Source of the DNA: Octopus sinensis
Lineage: Eukaryota
NCBI RefSeq assembly: GCF_006345805.1
Contig: NW_021827919.1
Location: 1-9,558, forward strand
Length of the DNA: 9,558 nucleotides
Reading direction: 5' to 3'
Numbering within the stretch: the stretch's first letter is position 1; every line of letters starts with the position of its first letter. Position numbers and translations under genes: made by a program. Below, piece by piece: positions 7,478 through 9,558 of the stretch. The notes under the pieces were generated by a model, which did not search any database, was not told the origin of the DNA, and saw only the letters and a program-made list of their open reading frames with translations.

Positions 7478-8811
7478 CACTCACTCGCGCACATACGCAT
7501 TTATAGGTCACTCTTAGTTTTACCGAGTGTCAAGTCTTATAATCCAACTTGTGCAAATAACAAGTTGATCTTTAATGTCACTTGTTATTTGCATAAATTG
7601 ACTTTAAAGATCAGAGCCACTCAAATCCGCGTTGTTTAAATTGTCCCAAACTTTTCGACCAACTGATCATATTAGAGTTATCTCGCTTGATTTCTTCTTT
7701 TAGATTTTAAGCATCCATAGAAGGAACATTTGTCAAGCAATTGTCTGGATAATCACAGTTAATTGAAGTTTCCAACTCACTATATTACATATGTGGCACA
7801 CTACTTTATTTTCATTTACAACGCTGAACGTTTCCTCGAGTAATTTTCTCTCGGCGATATATTTGAATAATAAATATCCAAGCCGTTAAGATACCGCCGT
7901 ACCTACCAAAGAGCTACAGTTCATATGGCATTGTTGGTGCCGATACCTTTAAACCCAAACTTTTAACTCGGTCAAACATTTAAATACAGAAAAAGGCACG
8001 TGACACCTTTATAAGTAAGGAGTGTTTCAGAAATCTGTTCTACTGGTTTCAGCATCAAATTTTGAGGATAGATTGACGAGTAATGAGTTCCACTCGACTG
8101 TGTTACATTGCATATGTAATACATATCCCTATATAAATAGCATATTTTTATTATTGTTATTAGCAGCAGAAATAATAAAACAGCGCTATCACAATCATGA
8201 TCACTACATTCTTCACAGCTTCTGCATTTAAATCTTTAACAGTTTCCGTTAAGCGGCAGTTAAGTCAGTCTTTACTAAGATTACTTAGATGCTTGAGAGT
8301 TAGTGAAGTGAGATGTTTTGAATTACGTTATTCCATATGTAATACTATCTTGCATAACTACCCATAATTTCTTTTTCTTTCTCTCATTTTTTCTTTCACA
8401 GCTTTCGTTAAGGAGGCATTATCATTTGGGTGGTTTGCTGCAAGTTTAAATGTAGATCATTTTAGATTCTCAAATTGAAATGCTTTTATGCTGCAAATTG
8501 CAATTTATCACATTAGACAAACCAGTATGGAATAACATAGGATACTTTTACCTCATCAGATTCCCAAAGTTTACGTAGATTTCTCAAAATGTCTTCCTTG
8601 CCAATGTGCCTCGCATAAACCTATCGCATCTTTCATCTGCGTTTTGTATATCTTCAGGCTGACTGAATACTATCACTGGTCGATTATTCTTAGTAATTCT
8701 ATCGATAAATCGATAAAAATCGTATAAAGCAGAATCTATGCATTTTACTGAATATATTTGAGGTGTATTGTTGACTTTAATGTTTTCACCCTGAAAACTA
8801 AAACAACTCGG

Positions 8812-8843
<32 letters not shown>

Positions 8844-9064
8844 CGTTACTTCATATTCAAAGCTTTAACTCCATGGAGAAGAATGTTTTCTACACATGCT
8901 CTGGAGAAGGTTAATCTTGTCGACTTTGAAGTACTCGATTGTCACGTGTTTTGAAGATTCTTGCAGGCACACCAGGTTAGATACTTGCGTATAAGGAAGT
9001 TTTTTTTTTTTACTGGTAACAACAAAGGACTGGAGATAGTTAGTCATTGATCACCCATACCATA

Positions 9065-9558
9065 ATTTGACTTTACGGAGGAAGCTGAAGATAAACAGAA
9101 CATGAAATGGTTGAACGTATCCGAACATGTTTAACAAAAAAAAAAAAAAAAAGACTCCAAAACAATGTATAGATTGTTAAAATAAAATATATGGTCATCA
9201 AATACTGCTCATCTTTATTCCATAGATGGATCGATTTTAATCAACGATATTGAAGGCTTTCTGGAAATATGGATAGAGTTTTTCACAGATGGTTTTTCGT
9301 AATATATCGACAACAGACAGGAACATAGAGAAGACTTAATGAAGAAAAGTATGATAAATCCTAGCGTATTAACTAAGAAAAGAGTGATAGATCCTAACGT
9401 AAATATAATCAAAATTGTCATTAAGTAGACCATGGTGGATATGTAGAATCGGATCTTGTATCTACATTTATTGTCAATGCTTGGAATGGTTCTGGAATTC
9501 CATGGGTGTGTGTGGAGAGATGCTACACTGATTTCCTGGAGAAGGGAAAAGGTGCCGA
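9065..9558 (+). mobile_element. Decayed RTE-type LINE fragment (pre-RT linker and RT domain 0/1), continuing past window end
   Basis: DSKTMYRLLK*NIWSSNTAHLYSIDGSILINDIEGFLEIWIEFF (cf. RTE ..MY..LK..YGP....APL.S.DG..LI.D...IL.RW.EHF); HGGYVESDLVSTFIVNAWNGSGIP (9431-9502); WRDATLIS/LEKGKG (cf. W...G.IP.DWRDA.I..LYKGKG). Stops and frameshifts present. Confidence 0.78.

Larger units (their letters stand above)
5780..9050 (-). mobile_element. Highly decayed, near full-length LINE ORF (APE endonuclease + RT, RTE-like)
   Basis: Minus-strand motifs collinear with a LINE ORF2. APE: NLVCLQES (cf. DIICLQET, ~8970); YDFYRFIDRITKNNRPVIVF...HIGKEDILRNLRKLWE (cf. FY..L...I....IV.GDFNA...IGK.G...RN.RG..L.E, 8552-8790). 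RT: AGYSRNNPYDALLKF (cf. QCGFR..RST.D.IF, ~6600-6640); SDTV...FPPEVTIMQS (~6450-6530); KYAET at the YADD position (6241-6255); LEIRNRIFRAARTYYSLVIRRRIW (cf. EI..RI.KA...F..L..RVW, 5970-6041). Many stops and frameshifts; interrupted by microsatellites at 7200-7500 and 8819-8843. Confidence 0.62.

Noticed and set aside
8368-8480. Strong plus-strand polypyrimidine/AG acceptor at 8400 followed by FVKEALSFGWF...
   Set aside because: The frame closes after ~25 codons with no donor; the tract is the antisense of a purine-rich LINE segment.
5800-8790. NB-ARC/STAND-like or exonuclease-like host gene on the minus strand (HIGKEDILRNLRKLW, IHSLL)
   Set aside because: No Walker A motif or catalytic residues found; the collinear APE/RT motifs explain the same segments better.
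9215-9433. Hydrophobic 72-aa minus-strand ORF as a membrane protein
   Set aside because: It is the in-register antisense of the plus-strand RTE fragment.

Overview
AT-rich, microsatellite-dense eukaryotic DNA made almost entirely of mobile-element remains, with no intact host gene. The two tRNA-derived SINEs resemble families I recall from octopus genomes, so a coleoid cephalopod source is inferred, not proven. In order, the window holds: three back-to-back fold-back cassettes between (TA)n tracts (235-1020); two SINEs; three unrelated sequences carrying minimal type I hammerhead ribozyme (HHR) motifs, all in inverted-repeat arrangements (3268-3404 degenerate; 3588-3745 a near-perfect 76-bp fold-back with one HHR per strand; 4165-4864 tandem plus inverted copies with ~340-nt spacing, retrozyme/Penelope-like); a Tc1/mariner-type MITE; a decayed hAT transposase; a long decayed minus-strand APE+RT LINE; and a plus-strand RTE-type LINE fragment. 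Most listed ORFs are microsatellite or low-complexity artefacts. All protein assignments are by-eye motif matches across frameshifts and stops; no database searches were run.
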